A stretch of DNA of 64,000 nucleotides from an uncultured Nitrososphaerota archaeon (GTDB lineage Archaea > Thermoproteota > Nitrososphaeria > Nitrososphaerales > CADDZS01): the NCBI GenBank assembly GCA_963799845.1, contig CAWCYI010000001.1, positions 131,842-195,841 on the forward strand, in the 5' to 3' direction. The first letter of the stretch is position 1. Every line of letters starts with the position of its first letter. Both the position numbers and the translations under genes were made by a program. Shown here piece after piece: positions 63,541 through 64,000 of the stretch. The notes under the pieces were generated by a model, which searched no databases, had not been told where the DNA came from, and saw nothing but the letters and a program-made list of their open reading frames with translations.

Positions 63541-64000
63541 CCGCCGTTGACCGGCCGATCGGGCACGCAACGGGCACGTGCTTGCTCGGGGGAACATGTG
63601 ATCCGTAGTTCCATGTGCGGGCGTCCGGCCCCGTTCAGATCAGTTCGTGACCTCGGGCTCGTCCCTCCCGGTTGTCCAGTCGGGTCCGGGGCGTTCCAAG
63701 GTTGTTCATCCGTGTGGCTCCCAGCGTGGCTCCCAGCTGGCACGCCCTGCTGGGCACTGCCCCGTTTCTGATTACGAGCGGCTGGGCGGATTATGCGGCG
63801 GTCTAGGCCGGACTTGTGCAGGACGACGATCAGCGCGATGAGCAGTAGGGCGATGACCGCTGGGGCTATGGTCCCGGCCCAGTCGAGGCCGGGAACGGTA
63901 GCCGGTGGTAACCGCATGTTCGAGACATGGATGAGCTGGCTGGCCAGGACTTGCCTGGCGAACTCCCGTTGCGCGGCGGTGGGAACGTGGGCGGGGGCCG

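Noticed and set aside
61078-63917. Many long overlapping ORFs in the high-GC part
   Set aside because: Expected shadow ORFs at high GC; only those with recognisable motifs were kept.

Overview
Bases 1 to ~60,914 read as an archaeal chromosome segment of moderate GC. The evidence is TATA-box promoters with short or no leaders, a nurA-herA-mre11-rad50 operon, Hel308, a stand-alone Lrp ligand-binding domain, a MEDS protein and class III/Tat signal peptides. A non-ammonia-oxidising Nitrososphaerota lineage is my inference, not proven. At ~60,914 there is an abrupt mid-gene switch to high-GC, Actinobacteria-like DNA (GNAT, partial tRNA-Ser, CBS protein, IS110 remnant), most likely an assembly chimera. 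Many single-base frameshifts, even in essential genes, point to uncorrected long-read errors. Contents in order: (1) surface/secreted proteins, 0.1-10.3 kb; (2) a wHTH + nucleotidyltransferase pair hit by an IS630 and an IS701 element; (3) a ~540 bp cassette (B-box-like zinc-finger microprotein, stand-alone Lrp domain, Zn-ribbon start) duplicated 24 kb apart; (4) between the copies, MEDS, MFS/ABC/Liv transporters, gene fragments, an unusual metal locus (ABC transporter without a binding protein, two stand-alone AAA-associated domains, ligand-divergent CsoR, GAC-motif P1B ATPase, shared operator) and a second, intact wHTH + nucleotidyltransferase pair with tandem 23-bp operators; (5) a DNA-processing cluster (membrane-anchored UvrD-nuclease, OB-fold protein, variant Hel308, rhomboid-like protein, Rad50/Mre11/HerA/NurA, IS3-truncated ATPase). 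No CRISPR array or rRNA was seen.
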